DNA of 64,000 nt from the NCBI GenBank assembly GCA_964389675.1, contig CAYMEV010000009.1:1-64000 (forward strand), given 5' to 3'. Each line of letters begins with the position of its first letter. The first letter of the stretch is position 1. Source of the stretch: an uncultured Candidatus Sumerlaeota bacterium (GTDB taxonomy: Bacteria > CAYMEV01). Below, one piece after another: positions 48,865 through 59,649 of this stretch. Below the pieces are notes generated by a model. That model saw nothing but the letters and a program-made list of their open reading frames with translations. It searched no databases and had not been told where the DNA came from. The position numbers were made by a program, and so were the translations under genes.

Positions 48865-49780
48865 TTACTTCCTTATTTTCCTCTTCCGGGTCCCACAGGG
48901 GAGCTGGGCAACAAGGATCAAGATTGTAGTCTAATGTGCTGATAGGAATAACCTCAGCTTGTTCAACATTCAGACAGTCCTCTATATCAAGTACAATTCT
49001 TTTTAATATTCTATTGCGTTTGAAAATATCTCTACACCTCATTCGCACTGTTTTCTCAATTCCGTGCTCATTTTCAGCAGCAGCCATAAATGACACCGGA
49101 ATACTAATTTCCGTTTTATATAGATCCGCTATATCATAAACAAAAGATAATTGTTTTCCTGTGTGAATAAAACCTAATGCAGGAGAATAACCTAATGAAA
49201 CAATTGAAGCATGACATATTCCATAAAGGCAAGAGTTTGCTGCCGATAGCGCCCTGTTCACAGGATCAGAATTGCCCCATTGGCTTCTATCATAGTTTCT
49301 GCCAGTCCATATTACTTTATATTTTTTTGATGCATCTTGATAGGCATTTCGGATTCTTAATCCTTCCTTTCCTCTTATTTCCTGTATTGTACAATCTTGA
49401 GGGAGTATTTCATCAAACCTTTTCTTATACATTCTCATAACAACCTGTAGCCTTTTTGCTTCATCAGAGCATAATTCAGCTTGTCTTATGATACGGGCAG
49501 AGCTATGTGTCTCTCCTATACTAGATGCATATGTCCTAACTCCCTCTTCTCCACACCAAATGACCATACAGCCATTATCTGCAAGCGCTACAATAGCTGC
49601 ATGCGTAATCGATGTCCCTGGACCCAGCATCAGGAGAGATAGAGAAGCAATAGGCACAGGAACCTTTCCAGTTTTATCATGAAATGCAATTGCTTTTGCC
49701 TCTTGATCTATCTTGCAGTGCTCAAGGTATAAATAGCTTAATGAATCCCGAATCTTGGGTAAATCATGAAAGTCATGCAT
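48845..49780 (-). CDS. cas1: Cas1 (type I-E)
   Basis: LMLGPGTSITHAA, IRGKEG.R, N..LYG, GYSPALGFIHTG, FVYDIADLYK. Confidence 0.98.
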   Translation of the reverse strand: MHDFHDLPKIRDSLSYLYLEHCKIDQEAKAIAFHDKTGKVPVPIASLSLLMLGPGTSITHAAIVALADNGCMVIWCGEEGVRTYASSIGETHSSARIIRQAELCSDEAKRLQVVMRMYKKRFDEILPQDCTIQEIRGKEGLRIRNAYQDASKKYKVIWTGRNYDRSQWGNSDPVNRALSAANSCLYGICHASIVSLGYSPALGFIHTGKQLSFVYDIADLYKTEISIPVSFMAAAENEHGIEKTVRMRCRDIFKRNRILKRIVLDIEDCLNVEQAEVIPISTLDYNLDPCCPAPLWDPEEENKEVNGSIHS

Positions 49781-49782
49781 AT

Positions 49783-50433
49783 CTACCTCCGATAAGGCGC
49801 TATTGAGAGAAGCCCAAACCCGAATGCCTTTGCGCTACCAATTCCTGATTTCAGAGTTGAAATAAATTTCTGTTTATCAGTTACCCTTATAATACCTTCA
49901 AATATAACAGAGAAATATCTTTTTGCATTTTCATCATCCTTGAACTTTTTTGATTCAATAATGCCCTGAGGAATAATTGAAATATTTAATATTTTAAACC
50001 CGGCTTTATCGCTTTTCCTTACCAGCCAGTCATATTGTTCCTTTTCTTTATACAGCCCAATTCTCTTACCATTATCTTTCCTGCGCTTGGTTGGGTTTGC
50101 CTGAAGACGAAAGTGAAAAAGATCTCTGGTATTAATATTCTCAAATGAGGCATGAATATTTTTAGTAATTGGGTTTGTATCATCAGTTCTTAACAGATAA
50201 TTAGTGTTTTTTCCGTTTATACAGCTCCAGTCAGGCTCTTTGTCTGATTGTATAAGCAGAACAGGAATACCTGTTTTATGATTAACATCAACGCGAAAAA
50301 GGACTCTACCCGGCCCACCTGCCTCTTTTTCCGGAAAAGCTCTTAGCAGAGTCCTGTGCATTTCATAAGGGTTTATTATTTCTTTTCTGACCTGATTTGA
50401 TTTTGGGTTTAAAATAAGCTTAGAAAGATACAT
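49783..50433 (-). CDS. cas6e: Cas6e (Cse3/CasE)
   Basis: MYLSKL, Y..HR.L..AF, FRLQANPTK, GIGSAKAFGFGLL. Confidence 0.96.
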   Translation of the reverse strand: MYLSKLILNPKSNQVRKEIINPYEMHRTLLRAFPEKEAGGPGRVLFRVDVNHKTGIPVLLIQSDKEPDWSCINGKNTNYLLRTDDTNPITKNIHASFENINTRDLFHFRLQANPTKRRKDNGKRIGLYKEKEQYDWLVRKSDKAGFKILNISIIPQGIIESKKFKDDENAKRYFSVIFEGIIRVTDKQKFISTLKSGIGSAKAFGFGLLSIAPYRR

Positions 50434-51158
50434 TATTTAATGCCCTCCCCTTCCTCATATTTTAGAGCAGATTTTTCTATCCATTTCGTTGTTATATATC
50501 GTACGCAGTATTTTCTGTCAGAGATCTCAAAGCTCTCAGGATTATCCATTCTAGTCTCTTCGCCTTCTCCATATTTTGTTTCAAAAATAAGGCGAATTCT
50601 ATCAGGTATTAAATGATCATTTTTATAAATATATTTAGGAAAAGGATGTTTCCTAAGCGCTGACTCAAGGGAATCTGATACTATTCCTCCCCTTTCTTCT
50701 GATATAAGGATAGGAATTGAAGGAACAAAAGATTTTCTGCCTAAAAATATCGGAAACTTAGGAGACATAATAGCACTATATATTCTTTTAAGAAAATCCC
50801 TATCTCCTTCAAGTCCAACAAGAAAATCAGCATCCGATAGATAATAACGGCGAGAAACAACAGTATCTGCACTGCTATTATCGGATTTAATAACCCCATA
50901 TTTTTTTTCACCTGGAATCTTGCCTCCTCCAGCGGTGTGAAAATCTTTTAGAATATGCCCTTCTTTATTGACCCTTACCCCCATCCGAAGAGCAGTTAGA
51001 TTATCCAGGGGCTCATTGCGCTTTTGGCCAAGGCAGGCTGCTATTATACCTAATATCCCGCTTTTTGAAGGTTCCCGTTCCGTATCCCGTACCAGAAAAC
51101 GGCTTCGGGTTCCCCAGGATTGCATGGGGGCTGCAATACGCATCAACAAAACATTCAT
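50433..51158 (-). CDS. cas5: Cas5 (CasD)
   Basis: APMQSWG, PSKSGILG..AACLG, R.YLSDA.F, LGRKS. Start placed at MNVLL behind GAGGTG. Confidence 0.96.
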   Translation of the reverse strand: MNVLLMRIAAPMQSWGTRSRFLVRDTEREPSKSGILGIIAACLGQKRNEPLDNLTALRMGVRVNKEGHILKDFHTAGGGKIPGEKKYGVIKSDNSSADTVVSRRYYLSDADFLVGLEGDRDFLKRIYSAIMSPKFPIFLGRKSFVPSIPILISEERGGIVSDSLESALRKHPFPKYIYKNDHLIPDRIRLIFETKYGEGEETRMDNPESFEISDRKYCVRYITTKWIEKSALKYEEGEGIK

Positions 51159-51174
51159 TTCTAACACCTCAGAA

Positions 51175-52344
51175 CTAATTAACAACGGAAATAACTGATT
51201 CTATTAACTCTTCGATGTTTTCTTTCTTCTCTTTTATGTTTTCTATTTTGCAGTTGCCAGGAATAAGGCTGTATACCATTTTTGAAATTCCATCAGACCC
51301 ATATACAGATAATATTTTACCCCAGTATTTATCAATTTCTTCAATAGATCTTTCAATTAGGCTTTTTTTGCTAAACTCATCTGGAATCACTGGAAATGCA
51401 AACGCATTTGCCAGATTTGCTGGCATTCCTGTATCGCGGACAACAATAAATAAAAAATCAGGCCTATTATTATTTGCGAAAGACGTTATTTTACCTGTTG
51501 GAACAGCAGCTATAGATGCACGGATAAAAGCCTCAAGAGTTCTTTTGGACAAACCTGGTTCTGTCTTATCGTTTTCGTTTAGGTTTTCTTTTAGCTGTTC
51601 AAAATCTACAAGAGAATAACGGTAGTAGCATGATGAATTACACTCTATTGTGCCCATCATGTCTGCACCTATCTCAGTATCTTTCTCAAGCAGATCATCC
51701 ATTGCAGTATAAAAATCCATTTCCATATCAATTTTATTAGTAGAGATTGCATGTGCGACCTGACATGCGGCATCAACATGTGCTTTCGGAACTTCTGCCA
51801 CCATCCTTCCAAACAATGCAATACCTGGAGAAAGAGAATCATACTTGGGCTCTTCCCAAATTTTTTTTAAGTCTTTTTTCAGTTTATTAATTTTTTCTTT
51901 ATTGTTCTTTTTGTCTCCATTTAATGCTGTTAATCTATTACATATTTCATTTGTTTCATTATAGCGCTCTTTTAATTGTTCAGCAATGGCTTTAATCTCA
52001 TCCTGACCTAAATATAAAAGAACTTTGGTCTTTTCTCCCTTATCATCCTGTAATGCACTCCAGAAAAGTTCTATATATATTTCTATCATCCCATCATATA
52101 TATCGCCTTGAGAACTCAATTCATCTTTAACTGCTTTTTTCAATCTTTTAGTTCTAATATCAAATAAATCATTATCAATAATTCGTCTAAATTCGGGGTT
52201 CCATCTGATAGCCCGTTTAATACATTGAGATGATATCCTTGATCTTCTATACCCGCCAAACTCACAGGTTTTAGGAGTATTTGTATCATCTCTATTTAAG
52301 CATGAAATAGGGAAATTCTGTAAAATGTGCAGTTCAATAAACAT
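51175..52344 (-). CDS. cas7: Cas7 (Cse4/CasC)
   Basis: SCLNRDDTNTPK, RISSQCIKRAIR, ALFGRM, QVAHAIST, DFYTAMDD, PTGK..SFA. Confidence 0.97.
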   Translation of the reverse strand: MFIELHILQNFPISCLNRDDTNTPKTCEFGGYRRSRISSQCIKRAIRWNPEFRRIIDNDLFDIRTKRLKKAVKDELSSQGDIYDGMIEIYIELFWSALQDDKGEKTKVLLYLGQDEIKAIAEQLKERYNETNEICNRLTALNGDKKNNKEKINKLKKDLKKIWEEPKYDSLSPGIALFGRMVAEVPKAHVDAACQVAHAISTNKIDMEMDFYTAMDDLLEKDTEIGADMMGTIECNSSCYYRYSLVDFEQLKENLNENDKTEPGLSKRTLEAFIRASIAAVPTGKITSFANNNRPDFLFIVVRDTGMPANLANAFAFPVIPDEFSKKSLIERSIEEIDKYWGKILSVYGSDGISKMVYSLIPGNCKIENIKEKKENIEELIESVISVVN

Positions 52345-52368
52345 ATTTTATTCCTCCATATTATTTAA

Positions 52369-52899
52369 TCATTTTGTTTCTTCAGTTGACCAATAGGATT
52401 TTGCCCAATTCTTCTGGACCTTTTTTTCTGAGTCATCCCATCTGATAATATCCCAAAGCAGAACTTTAAAATCAATAGGGATATCTAATGATTTACCAAG
52501 TGAGACAGCGTGCCTTAAATGCCTGAATAGTTCATCATAATGAGAATTAAGAAGTGCTAAAAAGCGCTTTTCTATACTTTCTGAATCTTTTTTTTTATTT
52601 GAAATTTTCTTAAAATAAGATCCGAGATTTCTTATTTTATTATTTTCAGGTTTCTGGTGAGCAGCAAAAAGAGCAGCTACCATAAAGAATGCATTCTGGT
52701 CTTTCTCTTTTTCTATTCCTTCTATTCTTGGAATCACGAATGGAAACATATCAATACATGTACCCGGATCTTTCCCCAGGCCTCTTTTAAGCTTTGCAAT
52801 CGTAGCCCTCGCGCTGGAATCACGCTGGTTCATTCTATCTAATAAGTTCTCCAGAGACGCAATAAAGGCCGCTATCTTTTGACTAATATCTGATGCCAT
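52369..52899 (-). CDS. cse2: Cse2 (CasB / Cas11)
   Basis: A.LKRGLG, VAALFA.H, EKRF.ALL, IDF..L..D...W, WAKSYW. Confidence 0.93.
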   Translation of the reverse strand: MASDISQKIAAFIASLENLLDRMNQRDSSARATIAKLKRGLGKDPGTCIDMFPFVIPRIEGIEKEKDQNAFFMVAALFAAHQKPENNKIRNLGSYFKKISNKKKDSESIEKRFLALLNSHYDELFRHLRHAVSLGKSLDIPIDFKVLLWDIIRWDDSEKKVQKNWAKSYWSTEETK

Positions 52900-52933
52900 G
52901 TTAAACCCTTTCCTCCTTTTTTATTTTCATCAC

Positions 52934-54481
52934 CTATTTTAATTCTTTTTTAAGCACATATAGCAAAGCTATTTCAGCATTTGCAATAGCATTCAGATTT
53001 CTACCAGAAGCTTGAAAACCGGATGTAGACTTTTGAAAAGCATTGCGCGCAGACTCTCTCAATGTAGCCTGCCATTTTTTTTGTTCTTCTTTTTTTTGAG
53101 AGGCTGTAGTACATTTTGTAATATTTCCAATAAAGATTTTAAATGGAATTTCTAATGAATTCCAGTATATATGCTCATGTATCAGGCTTGATAAAAACTT
53201 ATTAATACTATTTTTATCATTCCTAGACTTGCTTTTTTTGTCTTTATCAGGAAATAAAATAATACGAGAAAATTCTTTCATACTATATTTAAGGCATTTA
53301 TAATAGATATCTTCAGCTTTTGTAATAGCACATTCTAACTGATCTACTAGATTCATATCTTTTAATAAAACTAAAGGAAATGGAATATTTTCATGTCTCC
53401 AGAACTCCAACTTTGCCTTATCAGAGCAAACCCCCATTACTGATATATTATAGACCTTATTCCATGGAATAATTTCTTTGGAGGCAAGGTCAGATACCCA
53501 GTCGATGATCTTTGGTCTTTCTGTTCTATCATCTGTTCTATTAAATGTTTTAAATAAAGTATGGCTGTCTCTCCATAATGACTTTCCCTCTCTGAAAGAT
53601 AAAGCATATATTCCAGTCTTTTTGTTTTCTCGATAACTTAAAAAAGGATCATTGTGCATATTTTCAATATATAATCCCTGTGCTAAATAGACATTTTCTA
53701 CATTTTCTCCATTGGCATCTGGTATTAATCTGATATATCTACTCTGGAGGGTCAGATAATCAATATATCCATTCAGGTTGTGTTTCCCAGGTTTAATGTT
53801 ATTATCGATTTCCCATGCAGGAATATCCATATAAGGATCACCTGAAAATGGAATTTCACTATCTAAATCATAGTGATGAAAGTTTAACATTAAAGTCTCA
53901 AATAGATTTTCCCCCATAATAAGAACTGATGCAGTATTTGTTAATGGTGAATCTTTGGTGTGTATTGTGCTGCTTTTCCCCGCACTGGGAGAATAATTCT
54001 GCCTTGCAAGCAATAATCCAGCAGCCTTCTTTGCAGGAATTTTCAGATAATTTTTATCATAATTATGGTCAAATAGAACAGCATTATTTCCACTTGATAG
54101 ATCAAATGCAAGGACACTAACCGGCTGTTTCACACCTTTATTAAATCCTGCTGTCTGATAGAACGGGTATTTATTATCAAATAGATCGAATCTATTCTTC
54201 CATTTAGTTAGATAACATTCTAACTTCGTATTATATAGTTTTCCCTTACCTTTTGCCCACATTGTTTTCCAATCATTTTTATTCTTTGGCCCATTAAAGG
54301 CGCTATGCATTATAGCAAGAAGCAATCTGTGTATTGAAACTGTGACAGGGGGTGATTGGTCAAATACCATAGTAATACAATTTGCTTCCCTAAAGACATC
54401 TGCTATTCCAAATTCCTTTTTCTTCCCGTTTAAATAACAGGGTATCCATTTTTCATCAATCAGATTAAATGAAGGCACCAT
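52934..54481 (-). CDS. cse1: Cse1 (CasA / Cas8e)
   Basis: FNLIDEKWIP, RLLLAI, RFDLFD..YPFYQ, GNN..LFDH, G.NLFETL.LN, LWRD. Confidence 0.95.
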   Translation of the reverse strand: MVPSFNLIDEKWIPCYLNGKKKEFGIADVFREANCITMVFDQSPPVTVSIHRLLLAIMHSAFNGPKNKNDWKTMWAKGKGKLYNTKLECYLTKWKNRFDLFDNKYPFYQTAGFNKGVKQPVSVLAFDLSSGNNAVLFDHNYDKNYLKIPAKKAAGLLLARQNYSPSAGKSSTIHTKDSPLTNTASVLIMGENLFETLMLNFHHYDLDSEIPFSGDPYMDIPAWEIDNNIKPGKHNLNGYIDYLTLQSRYIRLIPDANGENVENVYLAQGLYIENMHNDPFLSYRENKKTGIYALSFREGKSLWRDSHTLFKTFNRTDDRTERPKIIDWVSDLASKEIIPWNKVYNISVMGVCSDKAKLEFWRHENIPFPLVLLKDMNLVDQLECAITKAEDIYYKCLKYSMKEFSRIILFPDKDKKSKSRNDKNSINKFLSSLIHEHIYWNSLEIPFKIFIGNITKCTTASQKKEEQKKWQATLRESARNAFQKSTSGFQASGRNLNAIANAEIALLYVLKKELK

Positions 54482-54491
54482 TTTTTAACTC

Positions 54492-57194
54492 CTATTTAGT
54501 ATTGCAATAAACACCACCGAGAGTATCATCCAGTTTGAATTTTAAATTATTATTATTAATCAAAAAACCATCATCATCAAATACTGCAGGATATAATTTC
54601 CTGAGCAGTGCATTATTTTTCCATGCCTCTGGAACCATAACAATATTTATAAAATAATCATAAAGAACAGGGTTGCTTATGCTCATTATTCGATTAATTA
54701 GATATATAACTGTCTTTTTGTCGGGTATTTTTGTTGGATCAAAACCATTATTTGATCTTAGGCATACTATTCTTATTGATGGCCGTTCTGAATAGCGTGT
54801 GGATGCCTGAAAGTATTTATGGAGCGTTGGATCATCTTCTTTTAGCTCTGCTTCCGATAAATGATATAGTTCTCCACTGAAATAAGGGCTTTTGATATAT
54901 TTATCCTTTGCTTCATTTTTTAACTTCGATTCATTTTCATCATCCTTTTGCTTTAGCTCATTCATATGGTTGACCTCTTCTGGCTTATTTGAGACATTGT
55001 TATCGTTTCCATATACCTTTTCAACAAGGCACTCAATATTATCAGGTATTTTAATGTCACATAGATCCCTTACCACAAGCCATGTCTTATATAGAATATA
55101 TTCTGAATATACGTAACTGCTTGATCCGAAATCAGGGAGGTTATTTTCATCTTCTGGAGTTACTATATATAAGACCGGTTTATTTCCAATGCTTTCTGGT
55201 CTTTTTATCTCATAATGCCTTTGAAGCCTTCCGGAGCGCTGCAGAATCAGGTCAATCGGAGCAAGCTCTGTAAACATTACATCAAAATCAATATCCAGGC
55301 TCTGCTCAACAACCTGAGTTGCCACAAGAATTGCTTTTTCAGGGCGCTTATTTGTCTTAAATCCCCTTTTTCCAAATAATTCAATTACCTCCTTTTCAAT
55401 TTTGTTTCTATCTTCAAATGGAAATCTGGCATGAAACAGCTTCAGGATAATATCTTCTTTAGTATTACATTGTTTGTCAATCTCTGATTTTATTTTGCAA
55501 TAAGCATCTTGTGCCTTTTTAACTGTATTACAGATAAATGCTGCACATCCTCCTTCTTTTATAGATCCAATGATTTTCTTAGCTAGTTCATCAAGATCTG
55601 ATGGTAATTTCTTGCATAAAATAATTTTCTTTTGTTTTGTTGAGAAGTTATTGGCTTTGCATTCTGTTTTAGTAAGATAGGTTATTCTGGGATATTCCAC
55701 ATTATTCGGGCAATTTTGATTATTATTAAGATTGCCATAGGTCCCCTTCTGCCAGCTTTCAATAAGTAACTTTCTTTTTTCTGAAGGAAGGGTAGCTGAT
55801 AAAATAATAATATTAGAACCAACTGCTGCAAGCCATTCAATCAACCTTTCTAATAATGTAGTCATATATGTATCATATGCGTGGACCTCATCAAGAATTA
55901 CCGTTTTATTTGAAAGGCCGAACAATCTGATAAAGAAATGTTTTGATTGCAGAATGCTCAGTAATGCCTGATCTATTGTTCCAGCACCATAGGGAGCCAA
56001 TAATCCTCTCTTCTTATATGAGAACCAGTCTACTGTCTGGGAAGTGCTATGCTTGTCATTGTCATTTTCATCATATATTCTCTCAGGTTCGAGAGAATTA
56101 ATCTCATTTTCATCTTTTGCAAGAATAGCATTACCATGAATAAGTTTTAAATCATTATAATTAGAAGTATAAATAATTTTAAGAAAATCATCTCTAAATC
56201 TGTCATACATTGCATTGGCAGTTGCCTGCGTTGGCAGAGCAATATAGGCACCATTCTGGTTTAATTTATGATTCATATAATTCATCAGGTAAAAAGCAGC
56301 TTCAGTTTTTCCATCTCCCATGGGAGCTTCGATTATAACAAGAGATGCGGAATCTAATCCATTTGAAATTTTAATTATTTCTTTTTGCAGAGTATTAGCG
56401 TCAAAACTAAATAAATCCTTAAACTCACGATTATTATTGCTTTCCCAAGCTTTCCATCTTATATGTTCTATTGCTTTTTCAGCTTTAATTTTTGCTTCAG
56501 CAAAATGAGTTTTAATATCATTCTTACAGCTGTTATATGGAAAAAACTCCTTGGATGAAGCAATCCAATCTGATACAGATACCAAGCCAGCAAGAACTAT
56601 AAAGAAAGAACAGTTTTCTTTGTTCCAATTATAACTCATTTTTAATGAATCAATCTTAAAATTTTTCTTTAAGGCTTTAAATATTTTTTTAACTGAACAT
56701 TTCCAGTTACATTCGAGAGATACAAATCTTATTTCTGCTATTCTAATATCTCTGGATGTATGGAATCTACCATGATGAGCTCCAATAGCAGCTGCAATTT
56801 TTTTTGCCCATGACGCACTGATAGATTCATTAAGCAAAAATTCTCTAATAATATATGTAGAATATAGTCCATGATGGCAATCAGAGTTTCCTGGGAATTT
56901 ATATCCCATATTCTCAAGTTTGCTTTTAAATTGAGGGCTCTTTCCCTGAAAATCTGGAGTTGCTTTACCAATATCATGCAGAGCTGCTAAAAAAGCAATC
57001 CGATTCCTAATGGCGGTGCCTCCCTGGTTACCATGCTTAATACTGAATGCATCTGACAAATATCTTTTTAGGCCCTGAGATAACGTCATATCCCATAGTT
57101 TACATAAAACAGCTGATGTATCTAGCAAATGACGGAATAAAGGGTAATGGCAATTTTTATCAAATTTTCCCCAGAATTCGTATAGGCAGTTCAT
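54492..57194 (-). CDS. cas3: Cas3 HD nuclease / helicase
   Basis: HLLD, LHDIGKA, AHHG, SDWIAS, APMGDGKTEA, DEVHAYD, LSATLP, ATQVVEQSLD, QRSGRLQRH. Confidence 0.98.
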   Translation of the reverse strand: MNCLYEFWGKFDKNCHYPLFRHLLDTSAVLCKLWDMTLSQGLKRYLSDAFSIKHGNQGGTAIRNRIAFLAALHDIGKATPDFQGKSPQFKSKLENMGYKFPGNSDCHHGLYSTYIIREFLLNESISASWAKKIAAAIGAHHGRFHTSRDIRIAEIRFVSLECNWKCSVKKIFKALKKNFKIDSLKMSYNWNKENCSFFIVLAGLVSVSDWIASSKEFFPYNSCKNDIKTHFAEAKIKAEKAIEHIRWKAWESNNNREFKDLFSFDANTLQKEIIKISNGLDSASLVIIEAPMGDGKTEAAFYLMNYMNHKLNQNGAYIALPTQATANAMYDRFRDDFLKIIYTSNYNDLKLIHGNAILAKDENEINSLEPERIYDENDNDKHSTSQTVDWFSYKKRGLLAPYGAGTIDQALLSILQSKHFFIRLFGLSNKTVILDEVHAYDTYMTTLLERLIEWLAAVGSNIIILSATLPSEKRKLLIESWQKGTYGNLNNNQNCPNNVEYPRITYLTKTECKANNFSTKQKKIILCKKLPSDLDELAKKIIGSIKEGGCAAFICNTVKKAQDAYCKIKSEIDKQCNTKEDIILKLFHARFPFEDRNKIEKEVIELFGKRGFKTNKRPEKAILVATQVVEQSLDIDFDVMFTELAPIDLILQRSGRLQRHYEIKRPESIGNKPVLYIVTPEDENNLPDFGSSSYVYSEYILYKTWLVVRDLCDIKIPDNIECLVEKVYGNDNNVSNKPEEVNHMNELKQKDDENESKLKNEAKDKYIKSPYFSGELYHLSEAELKEDDPTLHKYFQASTRYSERPSIRIVCLRSNNGFDPTKIPDKKTVIYLINRIMSISNPVLYDYFINIVMVPEAWKNNALLRKLYPAVFDDDGFLINNNNLKFKLDDTLGGVYCNTK

Positions 57195-57611
57195 AACATT
57201 TAAACTCCAATTATAAAATTTGAAAAGAATATGAACTTATATTTATTCTAACTTTATAAAAAGCTTAATGATTTTTAATCTGAAGATTTAATTTTTGATA
57301 TGTTATTCATAGAGATCACCCAGATTCATACTCCCATCATTTAATATAATAATACAAATAAGCATTGTATACAAGTATTATATAGAATTATTTTCCAGAA
57401 TCAAATAATCTCAAAATAAATAGTATATTCCAGCAAAAACTTGCTTTGTTTTAATTGATCGATCGTTTATAATAAATTCTTTAGTTTTTAAGTTGCTGAT
57501 CTTAAAAGCTTATATTCTTTCATTAGGCACTGACAACAACGCTTAAATGCTAAACATGCTATTACATGATATGGTTTATATTCACCAGATCAAATAGATT
57601 AGCATTTTGCA

Positions 57612-59639
57612 TCAGCTGTTTACCTTATCATAGTATTTCAGGGTCATGCTGAATGTCCCCTTGCCTTTTGTAAGAGACCTTACGATCGTTGAGTAACCGA
57701 ACATGTTCACCAGGGCAACTTCTGCATAAATTATCTCCATTTCCCCTCTCTGCTCAATTGAGAGAACCTTTCCATTCCTTGCTGACAGGGAACCTACAAC
57801 ATCGCCCACATCCTCTTTGGGTACCATTAGCTCAACATCCATAATAGGCTCAAGCAATACTGCATCAGCCTCCCTGAGGCCATTGATGCAAAGCTGGGCA
57901 ATGGCTCCCCTCAGCGCAATATCTGATACTCTTTCATCATTGAACTCTATCTTCTGGATATCAAAGCCTATGTCTGTTACAGGGTATCCTCCTACTATAC
58001 CTGACTGGATATTGAGAATTATCCCCTGCTTGATCTCTTCATCGATCTCAGGTGAAAAACTGTTTAAATCATTGCTGTATAAAAAGCCCTTTCCCCGCTG
58101 CAGGGGCTTTATAGCCGAACGGATGGAACAGTAATGTGCCTCCTTCCCAATTATCTTATTAAACTCTCCCTCTGCGATCACTTCCTTTGTAACGGTTTCC
58201 TTGTAGGCCACCTGCGGTTTGCCCCTCCTTATGGGAACCTTGAAGTCCCTTTCCATTCTTGATGAAACAATCTCGAGATGAAGCTCACCCATCCCGGACA
58301 GCAGAGTCTGCCCTGTATCCTTGGAAATGCTGACCTTAAGGCTTGGATCCTCAATCTGAATATTGGCAAGCAGCTCTTCAAATTTTTTGAAATCAGTACT
58401 GTATTTGGGTTCAATGGCAATTGAGATGACAGGTTCAGGAAACAGCATTGAATCATACAGGATAGGATTATCCTCAAAGCAGATCGTCTCACCTGTAGAT
58501 ATGGTTTTCAGGCCCCTTACGCCAACGATCATACCAGCAACAGCAGTATTGATCTCCTTGTATTTGTTTGAATAGATCCTGTATATCTTACTTATCCTGT
58601 CAGTTGTACCCTTATTTGGATTATATACCCTGTCACCCACACTCATTTTCCCTGAATATATGCGGACAAAACATAAAGGAAGCCCTGTATTATCAATGGA
58701 AATCTTAAATACCACAGCTGATAAAGGGTTTTCCTGATCAGGTTCAAATCTCATTTTCTTTTTCGTTTTCGGGTTTATCCCTGAGGGGATTACGCTTTCA
58801 GGAGGGTTGGGCAGGTAGTTTACTACAGCATCCATAAGAGGCTGAATTCCTATATTTTTGAATGATGATCCGCAGAAGACAGGAGAAATTTCATTGCTGA
58901 TACATATGGACCTTATAGAACTATGCAGCTTGTCTTCGCTGATTGCTTCATTCTCAAGGTACAGCTCCAGTATATGGTCATCCCGTTCTGAGATCCTCTC
59001 AATAAGCTTTTCACGGTAAGAATGAGCATCATCCTCCAGTTCAGGAGGTATATCATAGTAGCTGTATTCAGCTCCAAGAGTATCCCTGTCAAAATATACC
59101 GCCTTCATTTTTATAAGGTCTATAACACCCTTGAATTCTCCGGATTGTTCATATATCGGGATCTGCATTATAAGAAACTTATCGCCGAAGCTTTTTACAA
59201 GCTGTTCCGCCACATCGTAGAAATCCGCTCCAAGCCTGTCCAGTTTATTTATATAGGCGATTTTTGGAACCTTATACTTTTCAGACTGATTCCATACCTT
59301 TTCTGACTGTGTCTCTACACCCTCTACAGCTGAAAAGATCACCACCGCACCGTCAAGTATTCTTAAGGACCTCTCTACTTCAATAGTAAAGTCAACGTGC
59401 CCAGGCGTATCAATCAGGTTTATATCCGCATCATTCCACTGAAAGGATATTGCAGCCGCTGTAATTGTAATACCCTTTTCCTTTTCAAGGTCCATCCAGT
59501 CCATAGTCGCCAGCCCTTCATCAACTTCACCTATCCTGTGGGTATAGTGCGTATAGTATAGTATTCTTTCTGTTGTTGTGGTCTTACCTGCATCAATATG
59601 AGCAAGTATCCCTATATTTCTTGTATTGTTTATCGTCAT
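57612..59639 (-). CDS. fusA: Elongation factor G paralog (EF-G2-like)
   Basis: AHIDAGKTTTTERILY, KGITI, DTPGHVDF, NKLD, GMGELHLE, PQVAYKET, LLEPIM; not in an rpsL-rpsG-tuf operon. Confidence 0.93.
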   Translation of the reverse strand: MTINNTRNIGILAHIDAGKTTTTERILYYTHYTHRIGEVDEGLATMDWMDLEKEKGITITAAAISFQWNDADINLIDTPGHVDFTIEVERSLRILDGAVVIFSAVEGVETQSEKVWNQSEKYKVPKIAYINKLDRLGADFYDVAEQLVKSFGDKFLIMQIPIYEQSGEFKGVIDLIKMKAVYFDRDTLGAEYSYYDIPPELEDDAHSYREKLIERISERDDHILELYLENEAISEDKLHSSIRSICISNEISPVFCGSSFKNIGIQPLMDAVVNYLPNPPESVIPSGINPKTKKKMRFEPDQENPLSAVVFKISIDNTGLPLCFVRIYSGKMSVGDRVYNPNKGTTDRISKIYRIYSNKYKEINTAVAGMIVGVRGLKTISTGETICFEDNPILYDSMLFPEPVISIAIEPKYSTDFKKFEELLANIQIEDPSLKVSISKDTGQTLLSGMGELHLEIVSSRMERDFKVPIRRGKPQVAYKETVTKEVIAEGEFNKIIGKEAHYCSIRSAIKPLQRGKGFLYSNDLNSFSPEIDEEIKQGIILNIQSGIVGGYPVTDIGFDIQKIEFNDERVSDIALRGAIAQLCINGLREADAVLLEPIMDVELMVPKEDVGDVVGSLSARNGKVLSIEQRGEMEIIYAEVALVNMFGYSTIVRSLTKGKGTFSMTLKYYDKVNS

Positions 59640-59649
59640 AAAGATTCCC

